Assembly: GCA_963693365.1 (NCBI GenBank)
Contig: CAVNZM010000011.1
Location: 7,987,937 to 8,051,936 of the forward strand
DNA from: Amoebidium appalachense
Lineage: Eukaryota > Protista > Ichthyosporea
Length of the DNA: 64,000 nt
Direction of reading: 5' to 3'
The notes beneath the pieces are model-generated. The model saw only the letters and a program-made list of their open reading frames with translations. It had not been told where the DNA came from and made no database searches. This document shows, in pieces, positions 1 to 61,272 of the stretch (positions are counted from its first letter, which is position 1; every line of letters starts with the position of its first letter). Both the position numbers and the translations under genes were made by a program.

Positions 1-114
1 CACCCTCCCAGCACGTCAACCACACACCACAAAACCCACACGCTACGGAATGACCATATGCACAGGCACCAGCACCCCTCCTCCCCCCCCCCACCCATCC
101 ACCCCTTCACTCAC

Positions 115-14386
<14,272 letters not shown>

Positions 14387-14970
14387 GGGGGTGGGGGGAG
14401 CGGAGGGTGGGGGGAGGGGAGGGGGATCGTGTTTTGTTGAGGTTATCAGTCGCTGTTTCGGGTTTACATCAGGTATATTTTAGTTGTCGTCTCCCCTTCT
14501 TTTTTTCTTTTTGTCCTCTCCCTATGCTCGTGTTTTTTTTTTCTTTTCTTTTTTCTTTTTTTTTTGTGTGTGGGTTTACGGCAGGGAGGGGGGGGGGGGA
14601 GGGGGGAGGGGGGGGCTAGCACGATCATAAGTAAAAGCACGTAACACTGAAACGAGAATGCCTGGTTTGCCGCACATTCGAATGAATAGCATGTTGCCCT
14701 GACAGAAGAAGACAGGAGGCGTTGGTTGTGTGAGCAGGTGGCAATACAATTATCAGCCACACCCGATTCAAGGACTATGCCCCATGAAAACATACAAACG
14801 ACACTAGAGGGTGTCTTCACTGCCGTTGACTTTGTGACGTGGCCAGATGGTCCAAAGGTCTTTTTGCTCCCCAGGATAGATACATGCCGGTATGCCCCTG
14901 GGTGGGCACGCTACGTCATGGTGGTTTTTTGTGTGTGCGTGTCACGTGATGCGTGTTGGGGTGTGTGTTT

Positions 14971-15010
<40 letters not shown>

Positions 15011-15329
15011 GGGGGGGGAGGGGGGGGGGGTATGTCATGCGGACTTCAATTTGTGTGTGTGCCAGGGGGGGGGGAGGGGGGGGGGTATACAGGCTCCCGG
15101 TACAGAGATACATTGTGATTGCAGTCAGTGAGGCCGGGGGGAAGGGGATCATGCATCTGGAAGATTCTGGGTGTTGGCACGGTGGCAGGGCTTGGGGAGG
15201 AGGCCGTGGAGTACTAGTGGTTGGGTATACGTATGACATGAGTTGTGCCAGGCACTGGACACCAGGTGTTGGTGGCTTGTTTTTTTTTTTTTTTTCCTTT
15301 TTTTTTTTTTTTTTTTTCTTTCCGGCCCT

Positions 15330-15368
<39 letters not shown>

Positions 15369-15464
15369 ACCTATGTACAGTGTGTGTGCGTGTTTGTGTG
15401 TTTGTGTGTGTGTGTGATGTGTTTGCGTGTGTTTGGGTGTGTATGCGCATGCATGCATCTGTAT

Positions 15465-15526
<62 letters not shown>

Positions 15527-15601
15527 ATGTGTGCGTGAGTGCGTGTGTGTGCGTGAGTGTTGTGACATGTGTGTGTGCGCCCGCATTTGTTTGTACGCAC
15601 G

Positions 15602-15639
<38 letters not shown>

Positions 15640-15862
15640 TGTGTGTGTGTGTGTACGGTGCATTCAGGTTGAGGAACTGTGGAACGGATGTACTGTGTGG
15701 GTGTGCACAATTAATTGGGAGAGCATTGATCTGGTGTGCCCCCACATATGGAAGGTGGTAAGCATAGATTAGAAACAGGCCTAGATATCTGAGCACGGGG
15801 TCCAGGGAGATCGTGTTTGTGTGTGTGTGTGTGTGTGTGCATGAACATGTTTTTGTTTTTTT

Positions 15863-15910
<48 letters not shown>

Positions 15911-16105
15911 TGGTGGGGGGGGGTAAACGCATGCATCGGGGGCCTGAGAATTGCACTACCGTACATGTGAGGTATGTTGCTTGTTGCTACTTCCAGTATC
16001 GTGCAACATGTTTGTTTGAGATGTACTCCGAGTCTTTCTTTCCTCCCAACTCCCCCTTTTTTCTTTCTTTCTTTCTTTCTTTTTTTTTTTTTTTTTTTTT
16101 TTTGT

Positions 16106-16153
<48 letters not shown>

Positions 16154-16453
16154 TTTTGTGCACCTGCCCACGACTGCAAGTTCCTGATCGTGATTGTCTC
16201 CGTCGATGTTATACTTGTCACAGTAGGTACTATTGTTCAAATTGATTGCATAAATTCACGGTCAATGGTGTTCACGTCCACGGCCACGGTCTGGCATGCA
16301 CAGAGGCATGAAGTGTGCTCGCACAAATCCTTTACATGCACGATGTGTGCATCAATGTTAGTAGGCATGTAGGGGGTATTACGTTATTGCCAACCTAATT
16401 ATAGCTGCTAAACGGGGAGGGGAGCGAGAGCGGGGGAGGGGGGCGGGAGGAGG

Positions 16454-16491
<38 letters not shown>

Positions 16492-16626
16492 TCATCGGTC
16501 AGGTAATAAAGAAGGCAGGAAAAGGTAGGAGGAGAGGGAATATTTAAAGCCTTTAGAATCGCACACGAAGGTATGTCTGGATCCTCGGTGTGTGTGTGTG
16601 TGTGTGTATGTGTGTGCAGGGGCGGG

Positions 16627-16685
<59 letters not shown>

Positions 16686-17290
16686 GGGGGGAGAGAGAGA
16701 GAGAGAGAGAGAGAGTGGAAGAGTGAAGGGGGCTTCTTGGGAATGTCTGACAAACATACGCACACACACACACGTGCACACACACACGCACACACACACA
16801 CACACACACACCAACACACAGACACAGACACACACACACACACACACACACATACATACATACACTGACACACACACACATACACACACCAGCTGTTACC
16901 GAGTGTCCCAGGGGAGCCCAAAAAAGGGGGCAAAGAAAACGAGCAAACCAAGGGGGAAAACACACACACACCCAAAAAAAAAAAAAAAAACGGGGAGCCC
17001 AGCCAAATAATTTCTAGTTTGTACGGTACTACCACAATATCCTGAATATTGCATTGCCACCCGACCTCCAGATACACTGCTGAGGGGATGACTAATAGCA
17101 TTACCGAGCCAATTCCCCCCATACCTGAGACTGGACCAGGTCTCTGCGCCTCGTGTTATAACACATTGTGTGATCAAAAATTTTGTAAACCGCCGTAGGT
17201 GCGTGCATTTAGTCCTTGTGGAGGAGGACCATGGCAGGGAGACCTATGATCAACAAAAAGGCTGGGTATATCGTAATATTCATTTGTACT

Positions 17291-17333
<43 letters not shown>

Positions 17334-18551
17334 CTCCGGGGAAGGGGGGGAGGAGGGGGGGAGAGGGGGGGGACTCCAGACAAACGGAGGCCTTGGCGAG
17401 TCAGTTCTGTTCTGTCACACATGTCGCAGCGAATGGTGTAAGTTCGGGGAGGATGCATGTACACGGTTGTCACATAGATCTGAGCCTCAACACCCACCCA
17501 CCACCACCACCACCGGCCACCACCACGTCGGCCCCCCCTGGCATCGGACTCAACACCCTGCGATTATGATGCCTGAGCCACCACAGCCGATTACTGACAA
17601 CACAACATGATCATGACATAGGCCATGCATGGGCTGCCCTCCGGTTGGTTCTCTGTAGCATGGCTGGGATTGTGGCCCATAATTAATGTCTTTCGACCAG
17701 GCCGTACCATGGCCGTATCCGGCATGTGCGTGTGACTGCACGTGCACTGTGGGTTTGACGGGTGTGCCCCCGGCCTCTGTACTTGATATACATATAATGT
17801 ATAGTGCTGCCTGTATCGGTCTATATGTGGTGCATGAGATGCTTGCAACGGCATATGGTTTGTATGGCACCTGGGGTGTTGACATATTTGCCGTAGGGGG
17901 CGGCCAATATATGTGCATCAATTTGATCCCATGCACTGTGCTAGCCATACACCCCGTGAAAGTGTTCAACCCGGATTTAATCCAACACTTTTATGAAGTG
18001 GTTCGGAGACATTCTTATTGCACCAATATCCCGACACTGTTTTTCAGACTGACCTTTTGCATGCCCCTGCCCAGGAAACAACCTACCACGTCAATACGAC
18101 TCAAGGTCCCAACCGTCACCTTTATTTTGTGGGCCACCTAAGTGTTGTGTCGCTCTTTCATACGTTATGCAAGCTAAAGTTTTCATTCGTACAGGGATGG
18201 TCCTATGCAAAGTGTTCTTGTATACTATGCAATCACACGCAATATATTACACATGTACATGCTTTCTCTATGTACTCCTGCTACAGCACAAAAATATCAT
18301 GATCAAATACTATCCCCCCCCCCTCCCAATCAAAGTCCGACTACACCATCTATGTACCACCTCCGCCCAGCAGCAAACCCCCACCCCGCCCAGAAATCTC
18401 CATGCTACATTTCAATCGACAACCCCCTAATTGCTCTACAGGTGCTACCCATGGGCACCATTGTTGTTAGCAAAAGGACACACGGACACCCGCTGGGGCA
18501 TATGGCCTCCTGCAAGTGTGTGTGTTCTATTTATGGCATGGTGTGCTATAT

Positions 18552-45206
<26,655 letters not shown>

Positions 45207-46568
45207 TACGCTCAAAAAAAGGGCCCTGCCCTCCCTTCCCTCAAGCTGAACCTCCCGTCCCTCAAGCTAGAATTTGTTTCAAGGCCAGGTGAACAGGGTA
45301 ACGTGAAACGTTATCGCCCGGAGTTTGAGAGGTGCCATAGTCTGATATTCTGCGGAGGTTTTGGCCGCGCGTGGTTGGACTCGTTATGTCGGGCATAGGT
45401 GTGCAACCCAGTTTCCGAACATGTTAAACAAGTGTGTATGCTTCACCACTTCATATCAATGCACTTGGAGAAAAACCCCTTAGGGGGCAAAAAAAAACCC
45501 GAAAAGAAAAAAACCGAGAAAAGTGCTTGCGACTGGCCATGGCACGTCGACGTCGGAGGAGAAGGTGAAGGTGAGCCTGAATCGCCGGTGAGCCGCTGTG
45601 ACGCTATTGGCCAAGGTCGCACCAAAACCTCGGGTGTCACAAGCAAATAGTTCCCGTGCGCCAACACCGGTTGCCGCACGAACCCGGTGAGTGTGGATGC
45701 ATGACAGAGTGGAGTGCCTCACCTGCAGAAAGATGTCGGAGGGGTTGAAACGCACACTATGTGTGGATGATAATACTGATTCGGTGCGGAAACTTGCTAA
45801 CTATGAATAATTCATCATAGTCCGGAGGGCCGGGAAATGGCGGGAAAAGATGCCGGAGTGCCCCGGGCCCGGGGGCCCGGGGGTGGTGGACCGGTGCACG
45901 GTGATTGGGGCGGGCGGGCGGGCGGGCGGGGGGCCATCTTGAAATGCTCAAGATGGCCGTGGGGGGTTTATAACGACATTTATGTGAGCTGTGATGATGT
46001 GTTGGCACCAAGGCCAACAGTACTTCCACCCTGTAACAAGATATACATACATGTAGAAAACGACTTTAACTGCGACATACAAATTATGTGGAGTGAAAGA
46101 TATATATATTCGTCATTGGTGGAGATGCAACAGTTTTCCGGTTTTAAGGTTTTTCTTAGTCCGGACGGACTAGTTGGGGCCCCTCCCCACGTACAAGGTC
46201 ATCGAATATGTATATGTACGTATACGTGCAATTATGTGCGCACACCACCACGACGATTCCCCTGGTCCCGGCACCACCACCACCGGTCTACGTGCGCATG
46301 CGCGCGCCCACCCACCAGCCACCCCATGATGCCGCCTGATGGGGAAAGGTGGGCCCCCCGATCACTATCATCAGGCGATATCGATCCACGGCCGATGCCC
46401 GCTTAGCTGCTATGGCATACATGTATGTACATCAAGGATGTTAGTATATATATAGGAGGCCTTGATGTACATGCATATGTACAACAATGCATGATGGTGT
46501 CTTTCAGTGGAGGCTGACTGGTTTGTTTTTTTTGGTTTTGTTTTTTTTTGGTAGGGACCGGTGGTAGC

Positions 46569-46713
<145 letters not shown>

Positions 46714-47103
46714 ATGTGTGGTGTTTGTGTTTGTGTGGCCGGGGGAGGGGGGGGGGGGGGGAGGCACTTGTGGGGGAGGGGGAGGCCGCGGGAGGGGGGG
46801 GGAGGGGGGGAGAGAGAAGAGGAGGGGAGGGCAGGCTGGAATGGATGGGGGGGGGGGGAGGGATTAGGAAGGAGGGGGGGCCGGGGGGCCCTGACCTGGA
46901 TTTTTATGCCAACCCTGAGACCAAGCCCTACTTCACCGGTTGGTGACACCACACTAACCCCCCGAATATTAACAGTTACTGCTAGTGCTATTCAATATGT
47001 ATAATAAAGCGTCGTAGCCACAGTTTAGATCAGTTTGTCAAAAAGTTGGGTTGACTCAGCAGCTGACGTATCGCGACTTGGCAATGCAGTGCGGCCTGTG
47101 TGT

Positions 47104-47150
<47 letters not shown>

Positions 47151-47773
47151 GGAGGGCGGAGGGGGCGACTTGTGCATGTGTGTGTCTGTGCGTGGGCCTG
47201 GGTGGAGGGAGAAAATTTTAAGGGGGGAGGGGGGGCGGGGGAGAGAGGAGGAGGAGGAGGAGGAGGAGGAAGGGGGGGGGGGGGGAGGGGGGGGGGGGGG
47301 GGGGAGACTCAGTATGTGCTAGTAGCAATCAGTAGCACAGCCTCATGGTGCCATGAGGCTGTCTGTGCATAATTGCCCTGCCCGTGGGGGCCTCTTTACT
47401 TACATTAATTCCATCCCCCCCCCCCCCCCCTCCCCTCCCGCCTTGCGCAGCCGGAACACTTCTATCAGCATGGGCGAGGGGTTGAGTGGGGGGGTGGGGG
47501 GAGGGGGGTGGGGGGGGTGGGGGGGGGGGAAGGGGCATGGGGGGAGAGGGGAAATGTCTAATAAGATAACAAACCCTACTTTCAAAGAACCTGTAGTGTC
47601 TATACCCCATCCCGGTTGTACCTGTTGGATCCATCAAGGTGAGTCACCGTACTGTATACATGTACATGTCCATGCAATGCAGCACATAGCAGCGCTACTC
47701 CCATTGCCCAGGCCTCTGCTTTTAGGCAAAAAGGACATTTTTGAGTCTTGCAGCAAATTCTAACCCTGGCTAC

Positions 47774-47937
47774 TGTACTATCACTGAGCGAATATCCGGA
47801 TTGGCGGATATCCCGACGCTCTTAATTATCCCGGTCAATAAAGGATCGGACAGGCCGCGGTGTTGGTCAGTCTGAGATAGAGACAGTCTGAGATAGACAG
47901 TCTAAGATTCACTTCACGGTGTCGCACAGTTAGCAAA
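47774..47937 (+). repeat. 5' LTR (164 bp)
   Basis: TGTACTATCACTGAGCG...CACAGTTAGCAAA, containing AATAAA. Direct repeat of 51390-51476 plus 52536-52612. Confidence 0.9.
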
Positions 47938-50900
47938 TGGTAACCAGAGAATAATTGGAAAGATTCTGCAAAAACTCTTCATAATTCCCACCCACCCTTC
48001 CCACAAGAAAATACACACCATGAACAAGGGATAAGTCTCATCCACTCGAAATTAGATCTAACCATCTGAGACTCCAGACATCATCAGACTTCAATCAATC
48101 GTCATTTCATCATGACATTCGCATGGCCGACAGGAGCCCATTCATTCTGTATAAGATGACTTCAACCAAACACCTTCAACTACTCAAACCACAACACCAC
48201 ACATGTACCAAGTGCGGCAAGCCTTACACACGATTGCAAGTGTAGCTTTGCCAGAAGCGGTGGCAACGGCAGAAGTGAACGGGTACAGAGTACCGCGGGA
48301 CTATCTCGGGGCCTGAAGCCTTAGTACTGGTGCGTTTCCCGCAGGAAAATACTCGTCCTTCTATCAGGGCCATGCCCCGTTCTATGCACTGAATGTCCCA
48401 GGGTATTATTTAGGCCATACAGCCTACGTATACTACCCTGCCCTATACACCGGCCACAATCACCACTTCCGTATGACTCTCACTACAAAGTGGTCACGGT
48501 TCCCAGAAGCAAAACTGTAAGTCTCCACCTGGTATGTATTACCAAGTTTAAACTCTGGTGTAAAAACTACAAAGCGCTCAAATAACGCGCACACACAAGT
48601 TGAACTACATACTTGCTCTCCTTGACACAGTGCATAAAGACAAAGGGGATGCAATAGTGGCAATAACCACATACAATGCATCGGACACAACCATGCACAC
48701 AGCTCTCAGATACCGATATCTTTAAAAAAAACGGTCACTGAAACAACAAGAGCTACAGACAAGCACCAACAAAGAGGGAAAGAAAATAAACAAAAGCGGA
48801 AAAATAAAAAGGTGCACAACTCAAAAACGGAGACACTCCCTCTCACATGCAAGCCGTAGTGCAAACTTGTGTATAGCTATTGCTATGCTCAACACTATCA
48901 TCACGAGGCTCCCCCTTGCATGCACTAAACACCACCTTGACGTCAACAACAACACAAACCCGGAGCTCACACCTACAGTATATATCATCTATGTACCGAA
49001 TGATTTAGATCATAAACAAAATTGAAACACACCCACCCAAAACATACATATGGGATGAAAACTTACTCCACTATGCATGCTGCATGTTATGGCATACAAA
49101 AACTGCCCCTCATACAAGGAGCAACATGTAAAGGAGAAAGACTGCAAACTAAGTGTACAGCTCCACGACTGTTGAGGTCTAGTCACGGGCCGAACCTCAG
49201 CATTCACACAGTGCACACATTTGCCTCGCGATACCAACAGCTGTGCTGTCTGGCTATCACAAACAAAAAGGGGCACGAACACAAACAAATGTTAAAGATC
49301 TTAACACAAAGATCACAGTGAGAGGTATGTGGTTCATCCCATTACCCTCACACACATACAAAGCAGTCCTTCATATTTGTTGCAGGTGCGGAGCATGGCG
49401 CAATATATGAAACACAGTCCGACAAAAGTCATGACTACCCTACAACACTAGAAAAACACACGGACTGAAAGTCTCCACAACAACTATATAACGGTGAGTA
49501 ACACAAAAAAGCAAGCGTATAAACATACCAACCGTGACCACCAAATTTTAATATGGGCCGCACACCCAGTTCTAAAGACACTATTGAAACGTGCCTTCAA
49601 AGATCACACAGGTCACACCACTTTGACCTACATAATCGGTGACTTAAAATGGGAACCACTCAAGAACCCCATTCACCACAATAGGTTAAAACTCTACCTT
49701 AACCGGGACACTTCCCACTGAACACCTGCTACAACGTGGCTATGTGGAAGGAAGTCGAGGGTGAAAATTCACAACCCCCCCCCCCCCCCCCCCCCGTATT
49801 CCACACCTTAACCACACCCAGAAGCATAAAGAGGCTTCCACGCATCTGCCAAATACAACACATAGTGTTGCAATGGTGTAATGCGAACCCACAAATGAGA
49901 CATAATGAGTACCAACACAATATTCCAAGGCAAAAACGGAATTAGTGAAGGTAAAAAGTTATTTGGCTAAGCCAACAAATTATAAGTCTGCTAATGCGAA
50001 CAGTACGTGCACAAAAGTTCATTGACAAAGCACTATGCCGACTACTAGTGCCACTTAGTGCCCTAAACACAAAGTACCCAAAGAAGGGTCACACACAAAT
50101 AGTCACAAATAACAACACACAACCACTGGCACACACAATTAAACCCCCCCAGCAAATTCCACACAGTTGCGACATGCGACACACACACTCTGCACGCGCA
50201 CACACTCACAACTACATGCATACACACACATATGAACACAAACAACAGGCTGTTCACAAACACATAAACACACCCACACATATATACGTGTACACATACA
50301 TGTACACACATGCGTACATGTACACACTATAGTACACACGACGTACACACAGCACATATACACACCACACACGTGCACAAAGGCACACAAACAAAACACA
50401 CACATTGACACACACAAATTGTCATGTGCACACACATGTACACACACACACACACACGCCGTGGCGTACACACACTCACTTCTACACACACATCATGATA
50501 GGCACACACAATACACAAACACAAACAAACACAAACCCATCACACACACGTACACACAAACCGTGACGTGTACACACATAATACATAAACACACACAGAG
50601 AGAGAAACACACGATAATAATACGAAATTGTACAGTAACACACATGCATGAACACACAACTTTAAACAAAGAAACAAACATGTACACACCGATGATACTA
50701 CTGTATACATACACCTATACACAAACACACACGTGCTTAGACGCACACAGGCACACACAAACACACAAACTGTAACACAAACACACATGGGGTTTACGCT
50801 GTTTACTCGAGGCAAAGACGCATGCACGTGTACATACACATACACACAGACAAACGAATGCACACACAGACCTGCACAATTGTGCGCACACGCACACAAA

Positions 50901-51476
50901 AACAAACAAATCTGTAACACAAACACAAACATACACACAGATAAGTACACAACAAGTACACACAAACTTATCACACACACACACGCGTGCACACTACCTA
51001 CACGTGACCACCCTCATACAGAGCACATGTACAGTGATGATTTTAGCAACAACCACTATTATTAGCACACTGAGACAGACGTGAAAAGGTACACTCGCCC
51101 TTTGGTACATAAGTACCACACGGCTGTCTCGTGCTTAACATGGGACACATGGGGCCACGGTAACACAACAAAGGTCAAGAGGAGTTTTCTAAGGGTGTTT
51201 CCCTTCTCGAAACCCAGGGAATAGTGCGACTCCCTGTACAAAACCGCACTCGCCCCTCTTATTGCATTGAACAGATTAGTTGCAAACAGGAAGAATACTA
51301 AGTGCACAAAAGCACACGAGCCAAAAATGGCAACACGACATCATCTCTCCGGTAAGCTTCATGGGACGAAGCTTTCTCCAGGGGGGGGATGTACTATCAC
51401 TGAGCGAATATCCGGATTGGTGGATATCCCGACGCTCTTGATTATACCGGTCAATAAAGGATCGGACAGACCGCGG

Positions 51477-52527
51477 TAGGGGTCTGTAAATCTATCTCAA
51501 AAAAGGTACCTAAATATCAAGTGGCTCTTTCTCGATCTATCCCAAAACCTACCTAAATATCTTACATCATTTCCCGGAAATTCTCAAAAAAAGCACCTAA
51601 ATTTCTTTTGATCTATCCCAAACCCTACCTAAATATCTTTCATCTATCTCGGACTTTCCCACAGTGTACCTAAATATCTCGCCGAAAAATCTCAAGATCC
51701 AAAGGTCGGGGGGGGGGGGGGGGGGGGGGGGGGCTCACTTGGTGTGAGTGTGGACTTAGGGCAGGCAGGGAGATTTGTGCACATGGAAATGCAGTGAAAA
51801 TCTGCAGCAGCAAAAGTTGGCCAGGTAAGGCAAGGCAGGAGGGGGGCACACTTAGTGTGAGTGGATCGAGAGTCTTGTACGGCAAGGCAAAGGGGGGGGG
51901 GGGGGGGGGGAGTACTCTGTGACAAAATTAGCTCACATTAGTATGTTTCAAATGATAGCCATTTTGACAATGCACGTCCTAATGTCTTTGCTGCAGAGAG
52001 CAGACAAACAATAGCGAGTTACAGCATATATACCTTTCAAGGTCAGCCGGCATCGCCCCGAATAATGTTTTGATTGGCGTAAACAAGCGATTGTTTGTAT
52101 CGGTGTTACAAACGAACCATTACCATCGTTTAAGTGGTGTTAGGTTGCCCGCCAAAACACCGTAGGCCAATAAAAAGCTGGGCCACGTCGACCATATATG
52201 GTTCTTTTGCCCACCTTAAAGAAAACTTCGCCATTGGTGTTTTTCTAAATCTTTCTCTAATATGGGCCAATGAATCCACAGCCCTTTAAGCTGCCTACAG
52301 GCCCCCAAATACTTATATATATACACCTAGACCACGAGATATTTGGATCTATCCCGCCTCAATTTTCCGACTTTCTCGAGATAGATCCCCAGATTGACCT
52401 ATCCCACATGTACCTAAATATCATTTTCATTTCCCAAAAACGTGGCTTTGTAAATATCCGGCTTCTTTCCTTTCTCAACAGGTACCTAAATAACACGAGA
52501 AATTCCCGATAGATCTACAGACCCCTA
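51477..52527. mobile_element. hAT-like non-autonomous DNA transposon (1051 bp) nested in the 3' LTR
   Basis: 20-bp TIRs TAGGGGTCTGTA(A/G)ATCTATC with one mismatch. Perfect 8-bp TSD GACCGCGG at 51469-51476 and 52528-52535; the 5' LTR has a single copy of the site. Multiple subterminal ACCTAAATATC and GATCTATCCC motifs near both ends. 8-bp TSD plus TAG-starting TIR is typical of hAT elements. Confidence 0.9.
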
Positions 52528-53285
52528 GACCGCGGTGTCGGTCAGTCTGAGATAGAGACAGTCTGAGATAGACAGCCTAAGATTCACTTCACGGTGTCGC
52601 ACAGTTAGCAAACTACGCACCAAACCCTAGGCCTACGTGTACAGTAGAAGGAAGCCCGGCCCGGCGTGTTAGCTATCTGTGCACTCACCGCTCAAACCCA
52701 TGGCGAAACCCCACATGGGTTAGGCTACGGCGGAAGTCCCTTCGCACCTGATTGGACAAAACATGTTCCAATGACGTAGGATCAGGGGGAGAACACTTTG
52801 ATCCCCAAGCAACATAAAGCGGCTGCCAAACCCGGTTGGCCGAGGCATTTCCATTTAGGGCCCGGACACACATGGGGTCAGGGATATCTGGTTTATGTGT
52901 TTATTTTGATGATACATACTCAATACCGTGTTTTGTTGGCGATTTATGTGAAGGGATCTCCCTATACCTAGGGGCCTATGCCCTATCTCGCAAAATTCGA
53001 CCTATCTCGCAAAATTCCATGCCTGCGTCTGGCAGAGCAGTGGCTTATATACCCGTGGGGTAGCAGATTAGATACTAACTTAATCTAGGCGTAATTTCGA
53101 TTGGCTAATGCCATGACGATCTTTTGAATCACTAAACCAAAGGGATGCAGTTTAAACACACTTAGTAAGATTTTTTGAGATACGCCGACTTGTGCATGTG
53201 GTGGTCCAGTGTCAGCGCGTGTTTTTATATACGGAACCGATTGTAAAGCTAATATACACATATTGTGCAGTGAGCGCGTCTGCAC

Positions 53286-53356
<71 letters not shown>

Positions 53357-53891
53357 CACACACACCGCATTCTGAACACAAAACCTACCAATAATATTTA
53401 AAAAAAAGGGGAAAGAACTCAGCTTGAATACAGAAAGAAAGCAAGAAACCAGGAAAGAAGAATCTCAGAGAAATCTTTGTGTGAACAAATGATTGGGGCC
53501 TGGGCCAAACTTCAAGCCAGGCATCAAACCCAACAATTGTTAGACAAAACATTCCTTTACAACCCAGCCACTTGCCATTACATTCTCGACTTTCTGAGAC
53601 CATTGAGAGTGGGATCTTTAAAACCAGTGGGGTGCCGTGCACACAGTAAGCACTGGCTGTCTGCTTGCACCTCTCTGCTGATGCCCAGTTTGCACGTCTA
53701 CGGGTGCCTTTAGCCAGTCTTGAATCCGATCGCCACACAATGTCTTAGCCCCTCTGCCCGGTTAACACGTGGTACCACATTCCTTCGAGCAACTCATGTG
53801 TGCCACTAGCGTCTTCCAGCGACTCCCAGAGCCTTCCATGCAGGATGTAGCCACGGCGGTGATAACTCATTTTTGGACTTTTGCAGACGGT

Positions 53892-61272
<7,381 letters not shown>

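Larger units (their letters stand above)
47774..52612 (+). mobile_element. Decayed LTR retrotransposon (Gypsy-like, non-autonomous)
   Basis: 5' LTR 47774-47937 (164 bp) and 3' LTR 51390-52612 (interrupted), with about 6 mismatches between copies. 4-bp TSD CTAC at 47770-47773 and 52613-52616. PBS-like TGGTAACCAGAG follows the 5' LTR and polypurine tract AGGGGGGGGA precedes the 3' LTR. An integrase C-terminal-like remnant YIIGDLKWEPLKNPIHHNRLKLY lies at ~49630-49700. No long ORF remains. Confidence 0.88.

Noticed and set aside
1-30. Minus-strand VVDVLG resembling the next PSMD2 exon (AVDVVGQAG)
   Set aside because: No upstream AG acceptor and the match breaks immediately; likely chance.
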